Source of the DNA: Octopus bimaculoides
Taxonomy: Eukaryota
Direction of reading: 5' to 3'
Assembly: GCF_001194135.2 (NCBI RefSeq)
Contig: NC_068989.1
Coordinates: 27,400,724-27,450,596 of the forward strand
DNA length: 49,873 nucleotides
The notes under the pieces are model-generated. The model did no database searches. It was not told where the DNA came from and saw only the letters and a list, made by a program, of their open reading frames with translations. How positions within the stretch are numbered: position 1 is the stretch's first letter; every line of letters begins with the position of its first letter. The position numbers were made by a program, and so were the translations under genes. Positions 21,889-35,138 of the stretch are shown here, piece after piece.

Positions 21889-24800
21889 CGGTTTGACTCA
21901 GGTTCGATCTTATTCCTGGTAGGATTTATGTGCTTAGTGTGTTACTGATTGTAATCTTAGGTACCCACAAGTCTTTCAATTTCTTAAAACACTCCTGAAA
22001 ATCCTTGCTGTCCCTAACAGACAAATGTTTTGTAGGATCTTTACCGGGAATTTTATTCCAATCTACTTCAGCCATTTGTCTATATCTTTGCTTACTGTTC
22101 CCAACGCACCAATTTCTAGAGGCTCGACCATGACAGTTCTCATGCTCTTAATTGTTCTTATTTCAAATTTGGAGGGATTGTATTTCTTTCGTCCAATTTC
22201 TTTACGCTCCTGGAGTCAAATGGTCATGACGGGTCGATTCGCAAGCAACATCGCTTTTCCTTATCTATGATCGTAATATCTGGTCTATTGTTTTCTAACT
22301 GCTTCTGCCTTTGAATACGATTGCCCCACAAAATCTTACATTTGTCCGACTCTATAACCCTTTCGACTCGATGATTGATTCATGTGTTTCCAGCGTCAAA
22401 TCCCCGTTTCTGACACAGTTTCCAGTATAAAACGTTTACAACCTGGTTATGCTTCCATTTCTTATATTCTTCCTGTACCAGCTGGGGGCATTTTGCCAAA
22501 TGCGTGCCGCTGTCTAGTTCCAAGCCCCACAGGCTCTACATTTTTCTGACACATTCTCTCCATATATATATCGTCTCAAGTTGTTTGTTTTTATTGCTTC
22601 ATCTTGCGCTGCTAACAATTAGGTATTCACTTTCTTTTTTAACTGCACCATTTTTAATCAAGCCCAGGATTCTGTTCTACATACATCTTCAGTGGTTCTC
22701 CAAAATTTACCATGCAGAGATTTCTCTTCAACATCTATGACGTGCTCTCTTTGTATTTCTTTATTGTCCTTTACTCCTATGACCCTCCTGAATACCTGTA
22801 TTTTATTCACTATCGTTAGTAGTTTTTCTGTGCTGCTATGTAAATACTCTACTAGGCTTTTAGTTTCTATCTGTACACATTCTTTTGCTGCTATAAAGCC
22901 TCTTCTACCCTGGTCTATCCTCACGTACAGCCGGTTGATATCAGCTTTCGAATGGTTCGCTCCATACATTGTCAACAACTTTCTACTTTTTCTGCGAAGT
23001 TTCTTTATCCCGTTTTTGGTCCAGTCTCTAATTCCAACTCCATGTCTGATTAAATGTACTGCTCTTAAATTCACTGCTTCAATAAGATTTCTTGAATTCA
23101 GCTTTGACTGCAATAATTTTCTCTCTCTCCATATGTACTCCCTACTGATAATTTGTTCCATTTCTTCATTTTTTAAAATTTCGCCTGCTTCCAGTATTCT
23201 CAAGTATTTATACAACTGTCCTTTCTCAACTGCTCTCATTACTTGCCCATTTGGCATTTCACTTTTCTGGGTTCTTTCAAATCTCCCTCGTTTCATTTTC
23301 AAAATAGCACACTTTTCTATTCCATGCGTACGTCATTTGAGAAAATGTGGATTGTATGTACAAAACTTTCGAGTTGTTTCTCATTTTTCGTATAAACCTT
23401 TATATCATACATGAAAAAGGAGATAGTTTATCTGACCATTTCCTTTTCTCAAATCGTAAGCTATTTTAACTTTTCGTAGTATCATTGTGAGTGATGTCAA
23501 GGCAAATACGAATAGTAATGGAGATAAACTGTCACCTTGGGAAATTTCACTTTTCCGAGTCTTCTTTTTTTCCTCCGATCAATTCAGTATTCCAATGTTT
23601 CATACTTTCATTAAGCATTTTCCCCATGTCTTTTGCTATTCCAAACACGTTCATTGTATTACCTGTCCAACTGTGTGGTACCATGTCATATGCCTTTTTT
23701 GTAATCTAACCATGCTTCATTCAGTGCCATCAATCTGTGTCTACAATTTATAATTATCATTTTATCGATTAATAAGTAATCTTTTGTTGCCCTACTTTGT
23801 TTCCTGCATCATTTCTGCTCTTCTAGAAGTAGACTGTTACTTTCCAGAAGGTCGAAAAACTCTTCTGCCCAGACACCGGTCATAAGCTTCCACATCAGTG
23901 ATAGACAGGTTATAGATCGAACGTTTTATACCAAGTTCCCTTTCAAGTTTTCCTCGAGGCATAGCAGCGTTCGTTCACTTGTCATCCAGGTAGGGACGTG
24001 ACCTTACTGTTGGTAGTCATCCAGTTGCGTAGCGATCCTTTCATGCATTTGTGCCAATAGCCTTGCATTCCATCCGGGCCAAGTCCTTTCTAATTTTCTA
24101 TTTTCTAAACGTCTGTCTCACTGTAGATGAATTGATTGTGAAGTCCTTTTGTTTTGGCACAGTTACAAGTTGACTTTCTACCTTTTTTAACCACTCCGTG
24201 CTTTCTGTTTGTCGCTCTGGCCTGTCTCACAGCCACCACCCCACCCAACCTCACCCAACCTAAAATTCTTTACTTTCTTCTGCATCAGTTCTTGGTGTTA
24301 GTCTTCCTCTATTTTCTCCAAAAGCCGATTTCTATTTGATTGGAACAATCTATTCTGTTCGAAACCTTTGCCTCTAGCAGCATATCTTTTCAATTTGGCC
24401 TTTAATGCTGACACTTTTTGTGTCAATCCTTCATGTACTGTTTGTTTTCCCCTTCTAACCTGTGCTTCCCGTTAACTTCTCTGTTTAGTACCTTATTCTT
24501 GAGCTCTCCTCTCATTATCTTATTCAACTGCCCCAGTTCTTTCCGCGTCTTTTTGAGCTTCACTCGCATTCTCTTCCTCCAGTATGATTCTTTCTTTCCA
24601 TTTCCTTTTAGTTTTTCGCTTGTAGTCTACTATGTTAGCTACAACATTAGCATCAGCTATGATTAGCTGATTTGTTGCACTGATGTTTTCTGCTTTAATC
24701 AAGCTTAAAACGTTGTTTACTTTGCCTGTGGCTCTCTTTTTTCTGTCCATATATCTTACATTTGGTGGTACCTCATAGTTCTCATCAAAAATTTTACCTC

Positions 24801-25563
24801 ACAACATTTCTAAAATCTCCTTCTCTTCATCGTTCAAGTTTTGTGCAGCATTTACTGTCATTTCTCCAACTAGATCGTCTTCATTAGTTATTTATTAGCA
24901 TTCTCTGGTACTTTACGATTTTCCTCCTTTTTTTCAACATCACTTACCCCTTCCTTACCGCTTTCTGCGACAGTTGTTTCCATCTCCTTCTGCACTGGAT
25001 TTCATAGGATTTCTTCAAGCTCTAATCCCGTAATCCAGTCGTTCTTATGAAATGCTCTTGCTTGGTCTATCAGCCACTGAGCGGATGCTCCAAGACCTAC
25101 ATTTACATCTCATATTCTCTTCATTCAGTTCACGAAACCTCTTTTATTTGGATCGCTTATCAGCCAGCATTCTATTACTATTTGTTTTACATCTTTTCCC
25201 CATTTCATTGTTTTTCTTTTGTACTTGTGACTGCGGTTTTGGTCGTGGTCAATACCGTGATGACAATCTGCCGGAGATTGTTCAGATACTCCCTGCTTGG
25301 CATGCGTGACATCTTCACTGTTAACAGTTCTTGTCCCGTTAACGCTGTTATGGTTATTATTTAACTTTGACATCATTCATTTAGATGTAGCATTTGTTAG
25401 GTAATGCAAACACCAGGTTCTCATCTTTACTAGCGAAGGCTGTGAAAGTCTACACCTACCTTCGAATACACTGCCATTTTTACTCTTGAGAATTTTGGCG
25501 TCGAGATGACACAATCATCGGTGTGTTTATTGAGACACCTTCTCTAGAAGGGTTGCCTATCAA
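21889..25563 (-). mobile_element. Near full-length R4/Dong-clade (RLE) non-LTR retrotransposon, decayed
   Basis: N-terminal KWGKDVKQIVIECW..SDPNKRG; RT motifs KKAYDMVPH, QGDSLSPLLFV; ORF 22658-23302 YKYLRILE...NLIEAVNLRAV...DINRLYV..QGRRG; C-terminal RLE remnants; flanked by (TAA)n on both sides. Confidence 0.9.

Positions 25564-25602
<39 letters not shown>
25564..25602. repeat. (ATT)n array
   Basis: Direct reading. Confidence 0.97.
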
Positions 25603-26095
25603 GAGCGAGAGAGCAGTGCATGTCATGAAAGTGACACAGGGTAAAACGTACGAAGTCCGGTATACCCATCATGACTACACGGCTGATAAGGGTAAACCAG
25701 CCACATGCACCGCAACCATATGTGCACAAAATGGTGATCTCATATCAACATAAACAGCATTTGACTTTGCAGTTGGAGCCCTGTTAGAACTTCCTTTTGG
25801 TCGAGTAGCCCATCCCGATCAAAAGGTCCCTGAATAATGTCTGTTTAAGGATGATTAATGAAACACCCATGTTTCCAAGGGTAAGTTATCCAAACTCCAA
25901 AGAATTCCTTTCAAAAGATGGCTATGATGCTCCCCCACTACCTCTGCCCGTGATCAGAGATGTACATATCGTCAGCCACTAAGAGACATGTTCAACTGAT
26001 TATGGTCAAACAACTAACAAGTAAATATGTGGTACTGAGCAGAATATTTGCTGTAGCCCATCTTTTGTACCAAGACAAGACAATTACTATTTTGT
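25603..26095 (-). mobile_element. ~490-bp non-coding interspersed repeat bounded by (TAA)n (probably a non-autonomous retroposon)
   Basis: No ORF homology; abuts ATT arrays on both sides; recalled as a common octopus repeat. Confidence 0.6.
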
Positions 26096-26116
26096 TTACA
26101 TCTTATTATTGTTTAC

Positions 26117-26171
<55 letters not shown>

Positions 26172-26240
26172 CACGATCATCATCATCACTACCATCATCA
26201 TCATCACCACCATCATCATCATCACCATCATCATTATAAC
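26117..26240. repeat. (ATT)n grading into (ATC)/(ACC) triplets
   Basis: Direct reading. Confidence 0.95.
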
Positions 26241-27727
26241 TTGCTTACTTAAAACTTTGCATTTTAGCGCTTCAGTATTACAGTTGATTGTTTTGCTAAT
26301 GGGAAACTATATACAAGTAATTTTAACTATATTATCTACATTAACAAGCAGCCGTTAGAACAAGCAATACCTATAAAATGTAACTTTTCTTTCGATTTCC
26401 TCAGTGTGTACTGTACACTTATAGATCTAAGGTGATAAAGAAATAAATTGGATGTAAGTTATATCTTCACTAAAGTTTAACTCTAAATCTCTAAATTACT
26501 AACACAAACTATTTTCTGGCGCTATCAAAATGTTGATGATTAATAAGACAATAATGATTTTATTTCAACGATAGATTCTACAATCAAAGTAATTATGCCA
26601 TGAACACAATTCTCATTTAATGAAGATTTATGGCTAAAGAGGAATTATGTTAAGTTGATATGCCGTTCAGCGGCCCATGCTTTTCGGAAAAGTTTGATGC
26701 ATTTTAATACTTGATTGATCTGTAGATTTGGACGAAAAGATATAAAACTATATCAACAGGCTATATGAATGTCTCTTATCTTGTTTCCACTTTAGATAGT
26801 ATCACTATTGGTACAGATATTTATCATGAAAATTAACAGTTTTTTTTGGTTTTGTTTTTTTGCTTGGATATTAATCTCAATGGCCACAAACTAATCTACT
26901 GTCTAAACGGAGTAACATGTCAGAATGAGAACCGTTCCAGTAATCATACTGTAGACCCCCAACTTTATCATAGACAAAAATACCTTAAGATCATGATATT
27001 TGCTCCAGATATGGTCAAAGTATATTTTTTATATCCACCCCTGGATAACTATACATCCCCGTTCCTATTATAGTTTCTCCCGTATAGAAGAATCATGGGG
27101 CATCTCTTAACCTATAATGCTCCCATCAGATGAAGTTTCTTTATATTATTTATACTCTGGTCATAGTTATTAGGTTTCAACATAGAAGATATATCTCAAG
27201 TTGGTGATAGGTAAGTGCGCCAGTGATCTAGTTTTCAGATTTTCGCAATAACAATGATAATAGGAAGATTTTAAATATACAAGTAAACGATTTACCTTGA
27301 GATGTACCCTTAACTTATCTTATCAGAAAGAGTTAGCTCTTCTTGTAATCTTGTCAGAATTTAAACAAACTTTTTCATGAACTTTCTCATGACGTCACCC
27401 CTTCTGTAACACATAATAAAAGATAAGAAGTTGATGAGAAATTGCCTAAAACCATTCTTCTTAGATTAGTGTTCAGCTTTGATGATTAGTGATCATATCA
27501 GAATAGAAGCATACAGGCTGCATATATTTTATACACAAGACACAGCCGTGCGCTTAACCGACAAATTTGCGCAATTTTAAGGATTTGGTTTTTTTCGTGC
27601 CAGTATTCTATTAAAATGCTTTTCATTTTGTCCCTTTTTTTTTTTTTTTTTGGCTATACCAACCAACGTCTTGTTTTAACTGTATTTTGATTTCAACTGA
27701 ATCAGTCGTTAGCTGGTTTTCTTTCAG

Positions 27728-27870
27728 CTCCTCTCTTCTGGTGATGGAGATGTTCACAAATTCTCACACTCCAATGACAGTGAGGACTTTGCAATCAACT
27801 TCTTTAACAACTCCAAGTATGGCTTCTGTATTGCTTTTTGTCCCCAAATTTTTGATCTTGCTACAAGCAG
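27728..27870 (+). CDS. Candidate internal exon, unknown protein (LLSSGDGDVHKFSHSNDSEDFAINFFNNSKYGFCIAFCPQIFDLATS)
   Basis: ttttctttcag acceptor, CAG|gtattt donor, open frame, phase-2 end compatible with the exon at 29109; no homolog recognised. Confidence 0.3.
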
Positions 27871-29108
27871 GTATTTATGATTTAGTACACGATAATTCCT
27901 ATGCCGTTCATTACAATTATCATTTAGAGCAAGTGTATATTTTTTCTTGTTTCCATAATCCGTTATGGCATATACTTTAATGCTCTCATTTTTGTATTTC
28001 TTTAAGTATTATTTCAATACACTACTCGGTAGTTGCAGAATCTTATATTAATAACACTTTATTTGTCAAAATCAAGGAACACGTTTCTATTGCATATATT
28101 CATTCTATCCTGTCAATATAAACTCATTTGATAAAATATCACTTCGTTTATTGTCTAAATATTGTAGTTTTTAAAATGAAATAACCTTTTCTTAAATGCT
28201 TCAGTTATACCACAACCCACAAAATTTTAAATAGCATTTATTGCCAACGGAGCACCAACTTGAAGACCGGTGTTGGAGTGCAGTTTCGAGCTGCAGAATA
28301 GAAGATAAATAAATCATTCTTTTGATATTACAGAAGCTTAAATCAGGCAATAACCTGACCTCATTGATTGCATATTTATGTATAGCTATGTGAAAAATGG
28401 CAATAACCGTTCGATCAAGCCTTCTACCCAGGAACACTAATGAATGCAGTCTGTTTATATTAACTTCTAAGCTATGAATAAAAAATCTGATACTTCATAT
28501 AAACTCCAACTCCATATGGTGTTATGCATTTTATTTCCTACAATACTATGTCTACATACGTAAAGACATGTTTCACATGTATCTAGAGATCATAGTTTTT
28601 GTGAAACTAATAAATCAATGATCTACATATTCATTACATTGAACATACGATAGTTTCTTCTTTTCAATATCATGCGCAGATCAATAAAAGTACTGAATAT
28701 ATAACGTGAGTGAACAGATAGAAAAAGAACTGTAGTGGTTCTTTTTAAATTCTTAGACAAAATTCTTGCTTAGATTTAACGTACGACGAATGTGAAAATC
28801 AAATATCATTTCTTTTGGTCGGCAATGGGAAACTATATTTCATGCAGCCTTACCAGGAAGAATCAGCCAGAGAGAAATCATTCTTCATTAAACTATAATC
28901 GTGCTATGAATTAATATGCAATTAAACAGCGGTGTCTTTATCTGTTCTTAGAAGGTAAGTGGAGAGACAGTTTCCTCGACTGTTGTATATGCCGGGAGAC
29001 TTATAAAAGTGATGTGGATGATGTTTAGATTTAGTATCTGCAGGTTGATGCCTACAGTATGAAATAGGGACTAGTATAAATCTTTTATTGCTTTGCGATT
29101 CTGCTTAG

Positions 29109-29222
29109 GATGGCCTTCGTGAAGTATTTAATACAGTACCTGCTACACAGTGTCAAAGGAAACGCTGAGGGATGGACAGAAACCGGTGGATCAAACAAGA
29201 TTTTAGAAGGACTTACAAAGGG
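29109..29222 (+). CDS. Candidate 114-nt exon (MAFVKYLIQYLLHSVKGNAEGWTETGGSNKILEGLTK)
   Basis: ttctgcttag acceptor, GG|gtgaga donor, length divisible by 3, open frame, raised GC; no homolog recognised. Confidence 0.35.
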
Positions 29223-29769
29223 GTGAGAACTACTGTCATATGGGCATAAAATGTAGAGTGAAGGACTACCGAATAAATAAGTCATGGTTTAAGAATCTCG
29301 TGAGGGAATATTGATAAATTAATCAAATCACCTTCACTTGGAAAGCATTGAGGTGTTTTGTGGATAATAGAAACACAATCTTTCAAATCTTAGCACTAAT
29401 CATGTCTCTTTTAACTTTTAACTTTTGTTTCTGGTCGGTTACTAATTACGGTTGATGTATTCTCGGAATCTCGATGCGAGTCTTAGCTGTCCTGATGCAG
29501 ATTTGGCAATTACTATGAGTGAGACCTTTACAAATAGTTAGGTATGAAATGAAATTTGCAACACTATTTAGGTTTTCAGCCGCTTCTTCCCATTGAGAAT
29601 GCTTGATGCCCTTTCGTAGCTACCTGAGTAAGCCTTCTTATCTCACTCAGCCCTCAGAATTAATGTACTCAGATACTTTCACACCAGATCACACACACGC
29701 ACGCACAAAAGTACATGCACATGCATACACATAACATCGCACATGCGCCTGTATAAGCATCCATATAAA

Positions 29770-29969
29770 TTCTTTTCTACTCTAGGCACAAGGCCCGAAA
29801 TTTTTGGGAAGGGGGCCAGTCGATTAGATCGATCCGTGTACGCAACTGGCACTTTATTTATCGACCCCGAAAGGACGAAAGGCAAATTCTACCTCAGCGG
29901 AATTTGAACTCAGAACGTAAAGACAGACGAAATACCGCTAAGCATTTCGCCCGGCATGCTAACGTTTCT
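29770..29969 (-). mobile_element. SINE (subfamily with ...cttgtgcctagagtagaaaagaa tail)
   Basis: Reverse complement of gttctgagttcaaattccgc...cctttcggggtcgataaa; head interrupted. Confidence 0.9.
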
Positions 29970-30200
29970 TATTTCTTTATTGCCCACGAGGGGCTAAACA
30001 TAGAGGGGACAAACAAGGACAGACAAAGGGTTTAAGTCGATTACACCGACTCCAGTGCGTAATTGGTACTTCATTTGTCAACCCCGAAAGGATGGAAGGC
30101 AAAGTCGACCTCGACGGAATTTGAACTCAGAACGTAGCGGCAGACAAAATACCGCTAAGCATTTCGCCCGGCGTGCTAACGTTTCTGCTAGCTCACCGCC
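29970..30200 (-). mobile_element. SINE (subfamily with ...gggcaataaagaaata tail) joined to the head of the previous copy
   Basis: Same head, different tail; closely matches 43882-44087. Confidence 0.9.
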
Positions 30201-30892
30201 TTAAGCATACGCATAAATTCGTAAACTTCTTAAGGCGATTGAAGAATGAGTTGAATATTCTGCATTATATAATTTGAGGCTAAAAAATTTCTCTTGAAAT
30301 ATCCATCAAGGTTTTCTTGTAGACCCACTTGGCTTATCAATTAAGCAGGTTGATAACATAATGTAATGGTGTTGAATGATTCGATGTCTTTCTTCCTCAG
30401 TCGATAACGTATGAATAACATAACTAATTGTATATATGCCATAAAAATATCTGTTGTTACAAGAGTGTTTCATTTCGTTATTATAATGTATATTTTGCAT
30501 TGTATAATATTATAATCAGTCCTATATATAACACTGAAGACATATCTATAGATTTTTACCTAACACTACGTATTTCCTGATTGTAAGTGATGTACAAATA
30601 CAATAGGTTCGCGGACATTTTGTATTGACTGTGTACAACTTTTAACTATGCTAATTAATATCAGTGGACAGATATTTTGTATACTTAACACTTTCTTGGT
30701 AGCAAGATAAACCAGTAGATTGCTGATAAGTTAAGTATTTCTTTTCATTGCTGTATTGTACTATAGAACACAACAATAGATTTATTAAGAAAAAAGGCGT
30801 GTTACAGCGAATGTAAGTAATAAGCCTACAATAAGTTCGGGAACAGAAATATATGCCAATGTGGATGAGCGAAATTGGATACAACTAAAATA

Positions 30893-31050
30893 TAAGGGGT
30901 CGAGCTGGCCCAATCGATAGATTCTGAGTTCAAATGCCCGCGATGTCGACTTTCAACTCATTTTTCATGGATGGATAAAACAAGAACAAGTTCAAGCACA
31001 GGGTTCAAAACTGCCTCAAAGCTGCTGGTCCTGAGCCAAAGTTAGAAAGA
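30893..31050 (+). mobile_element. Degenerate SINE
   Basis: cgagctggc...ttctgagttcaaat..gtcgacttt. Confidence 0.55.
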
Positions 31051-31471
31051 TATAACTACACTTCAATATAAATATCAACGTTCCTCTATTGAACCAAAAT
31101 GTGCCTTTAACCACACGAGAAAGCACCGTTCTCCGTTCTCTCACATTATCATTGGTATCTGAATAAACCCTCCCCTCACATTCTCACGCTATTTTCATTC
31201 ACTTTCCATTTCTTTTAAGTGCCTCATTTTCCTTCATCACACGTTTACCAAAATTTTCTCTTTTCTCTTTAACATTTCATTTCCCTTTAATATTTCACGT
31301 CTATCCTAACTTATTTCTGTATCCTTTCTATTTTTGTATCACAATTTTTCCAAGATGTTATACATTTGCTGTTTCATTTTTGTCATTTGTGAGTTGTTGG
31401 GTGTGATTTTGTGAATGTTAATTTTTTTCTCATATATGAATTCTATTTGACTGTCTGACTTGCACAGTGTA

Positions 31472-31476
<5 letters not shown>

Positions 31477-31526
<50 letters not shown>

Positions 31527-31689
31527 TGTGTATATAATACATATGTACAATTATATATTTATTCACACCTATATACATATAGTTATGTTAACACAGACAC
31601 ACACAAACACAATATAATATGCATGGATATACATCCACACGCTTCTATGTATATATGTTTGTGCATGTGTGTGTAAACACAGGCATGCA

Positions 31690-31743
<54 letters not shown>

Positions 31744-31760
31744 CATACACACACACATGC
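31477..31760. repeat. (TA)n and (CA)n microsatellite cluster
   Basis: Direct reading. Confidence 0.9.
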
Positions 31761-32314
31761 ACACACTCAAACATACACATGTAATTCAAAATTACAATTA
31801 TGCCAAGGACCGTAATTGTGAGGAGGGTATGCAAAAATAACGTAGTGGTATGAAAATTTGACATTTGGAAGTCGCTTATTTTTTGCAGTTCTGAACTAAG
31901 ATAATCGACACACATTACAAATGTTCACGTGTACGTTAATAATTTCAATAAGTTATTTTATGTTAAATACTCATAGAAGCAAGCATACATACACACACAC
32001 ACGCAACATGTGTGTGTTTGTGTGTGCTTGTGTGCGTGTGTGTGTGTATGTGTATATGTGTGTGTGTCCGTATTTATCTAAAATATCGAATGCAAATTGT
32101 TAATGTACATACAGATATATGTCTATTTTGTTATTTAACAAGTCAAAAGAATATAACACCATGAAAATGTCAAATTTCCATACCACTACATAATTTTGCA
32201 TACCCTGACCCACAAGCACGCTCCTATGATTAATTGCAATTTGAAATTACATGTCCCTGAGCAACCAACCAGTTACTAATTTTTTTTTTCCTTTATTCTC
32301 AATTTTGTTACACA

Positions 32315-32406
<92 letters not shown>

Positions 32407-32524
32407 ATTTCTCTTCCTCTCTCGCTCTGTTTTTATTTCTCTTTCTCTCTCGCTCTGTTTTTATTTCTCTTTCTCTCTCTCTCTCACTCTCACTCTCACT
32501 CTTTCTTTTACCCACCACCACTAG

Positions 32525-32560
<36 letters not shown>
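32315..32560. repeat. (CT)n, CT-rich and (GT)n microsatellites
   Basis: Direct reading. Confidence 0.95.
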
Positions 32561-33791
32561 ATTCGTATCTATCATTTTTCTTCTGTAGCTTGAATTGACA
32601 TGCAGTTTCTAATAGTATTATGGATGCACACATGATACTGACATATATTACCAGCTTTTTTCTTTACAGAGAATACAGTTTCGTTACATTTAACTATTAC
32701 AGAAATACTCACTTTACGTTTAGGACACGTGTTTATTTTAACTAGAGGTCGATAAAATACTGTTCTTGCTGGTTCAGATTTTCTTGTTCCGATTTAGTTG
32801 AACAAAGATACGCATTTCTATGGATCTCTTTCTATTCGGATGACGAATTAGTTACGAAATGTCGTCAAAATGGAACATTGAGCCGAAACAGAAAAAGCTA
32901 TGAGATTGCTACTTTGCTGGAAATAGCCAATATCTCTTAAGAAATACCCTATTAGCTTCAGAAACGAAAGCCACCATTAGATAATGCTGTCTCTGATGTT
33001 GCTGTGAGCATTTGAGTTCTGACATGAATGCCTCCAAATATGGATGAGGTTTTCTGAGATGATTTGACATTCAACCCCCCCCCCCCCAAAAAAAAAAACA
33101 ATATTTACCAGACTGTAGAAACATTGATGAGCGGTGGTCAATGCTAGAGCATCACTGAACCGATTTTCACTCTTTCACGAGTGCCAGTGACGGTAGAGAC
33201 TGCCATTTCTTAACTAAAATGTTATAAAAATAATCAATCAAATAACAAATACCATGTATAAAAGCTAAGTGAATGAAATGGTTAGGAACCATGAAATAAG
33301 TGAATAAACATGTTGTTTCATTAAGTAATATATCTAAAACTACAAATCCCGTAGCGACTGCATTTGGTACAATTGTCTTTGATAAGTTGATAACCAATTA
33401 TAGAATTGAATCACTCACACATTTCGAAATATATTTCTACTCATTGATAAACTATGAGTGAGCTATTGATTATTGTCGATCGTTTGCTCATTTTGCTTTG
33501 ATTCAAACTTTAAAATATTATGAGTAGATAATCAATATGGATCAAGAATACAAATATATAAGAATATATAAAACCACATTACTATTTAAATATGTTGCGG
33601 ATATTAAATAAATTGATAAACACTAGCATATTAGCTTATGATTTTGGATTAAGAGTTGGGAATGTGAGTTATTTTCTTACTTAGTTTGGTAACAAATTAC
33701 CGTTACATGTGTGTAAATGTGTAAATATATATATTACGTGGGTGTCTGCGTGTACGTGTACATGCAAGTACTTACATTCATATATACATAT

Positions 33792-33832
<41 letters not shown>

Positions 33833-33865
33833 AAATTACTTGCAAATGGATGCATGGTGTTCAAG

Positions 33866-34388
33866 AAACCAAACGAAAACGAAAATGGAGAGTCGTTAGG
33901 CGAGACGAGGTAAGGTAGTGAACGCGGAGGAATATTGTCTTTGACAAGGGAAAGAATAGGGGAGGTGACAGATAAAAATGCATCTGGCCTGTGTGACAGA
34001 CTGAAGGAACACAAAGATGATCACGTGAGGAAAAGAAAGATGGACGGTGATTAGGTGTGAGAAGCGAGAGTAAAGGAGGAAGAGGGAATGAGAGACAGAT
34101 AGGAAACAGTGAAGGGGAAAGAAAAGAATTAGAGAAAGAATGAGAGAGAAAAACAAAAGAGGGAGAAGGGGAGATAAAAAGAATTAGAGAAGGAAGAGAG
34201 AGAAAACGAAAGGGGGCGAGAGAAAACGAAAGGGGAGAGAGAAAACGAAAGGGGGAGAGAGAAAACGAAAGGGGAGAGAGAAAACGAAAGGGGGAGAGAG
34301 AGAACAGTAGAGGGTGGAGTCGCAACAAAATTATTAAAATAAACTTACTTGGAATTGGATATGTGGCGTTCAATCTTATAGTGATGTA

Positions 34389-34433
<45 letters not shown>

Positions 34434-35100
34434 NNNNNNNNNNNNNNNNNNNNNNNNNNNNNNNNNNNNNNNNNNNNNNNNNNNNNNNNNNNNNNNNNNN
34501 NNNNNNNNNNNNNNNNNNNNNNNNNNNNNNNNNNNNNNNNNNNNNNNNNNNNNNNNNNNNNNNNNNNNNNNNNNNNNNNNNNNNNNNNNNNNNNNNNNNN
34601 NNNNNNNNNNNNNNNNNNNNNNNNNNNNNNNNNNNNNNNNNNNNNNNNNNNNNNNNNNNNNNNNNNNNNNNNNNNNNNNNNNNNNNNNNNNNNNNNNNNN
34701 NNNNNNNNNNNNNNNNNNNNNNNNNNNNNNNNNNNNNNNNNNNNNNNNNNNNNNNNNNNNNNNNNNNNNNNNNNNNNNNNNNNNNNNNNNNNNNNNNNNN
34801 NNNNNNNNNNNNNNNNNNNNNNNNNNNNNNNNNNNNNNNNNNNNNNNNNNNNNNNNNNNNNNNNNNNNNNNNNNNNNNNNNNNNNNNNNNNNNNNNNNNN
34901 NNNNNNNNNNNNNNNNNNNNNNNNNNNNNNNNNNNNNNNNNNNNNNNNNNNNNNNNNNNNNNNNNNNNNNNNNNNNNNNNNNNNNNNNNNNNNNNNNNNN
35001 NNNNNNNNNNNNNNNNNNNNNNNNNNNNNNNNNNNNNNNNNNNNNNNNNNNNNNNNNNNNNNNNNNNNNNNNNNNNNNNNNNNNNNNNNNNNNNNNNNNN

Positions 35101-35138
<38 letters not shown>

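Noticed and set aside
27164-27210. Perfect gtaagt donor at 27211 with a short open frame
   Set aside because: Phase does not fit the downstream open frame; could be a UTR exon or chance
27634-28010. T-run plus a ~80-codon open minus frame, a possible processed pseudogene
   Set aside because: No start codon, TSD or recognisable protein
32670-32745. Acceptor plus 24 open codons as a possible last exon
   Set aside because: An open stretch this short is expected by chance
32840-32870. atgacgaa...gaaatgtc hammerhead-like string
   Set aside because: Position 3 is wrong, stem II is weak and stem I is absent
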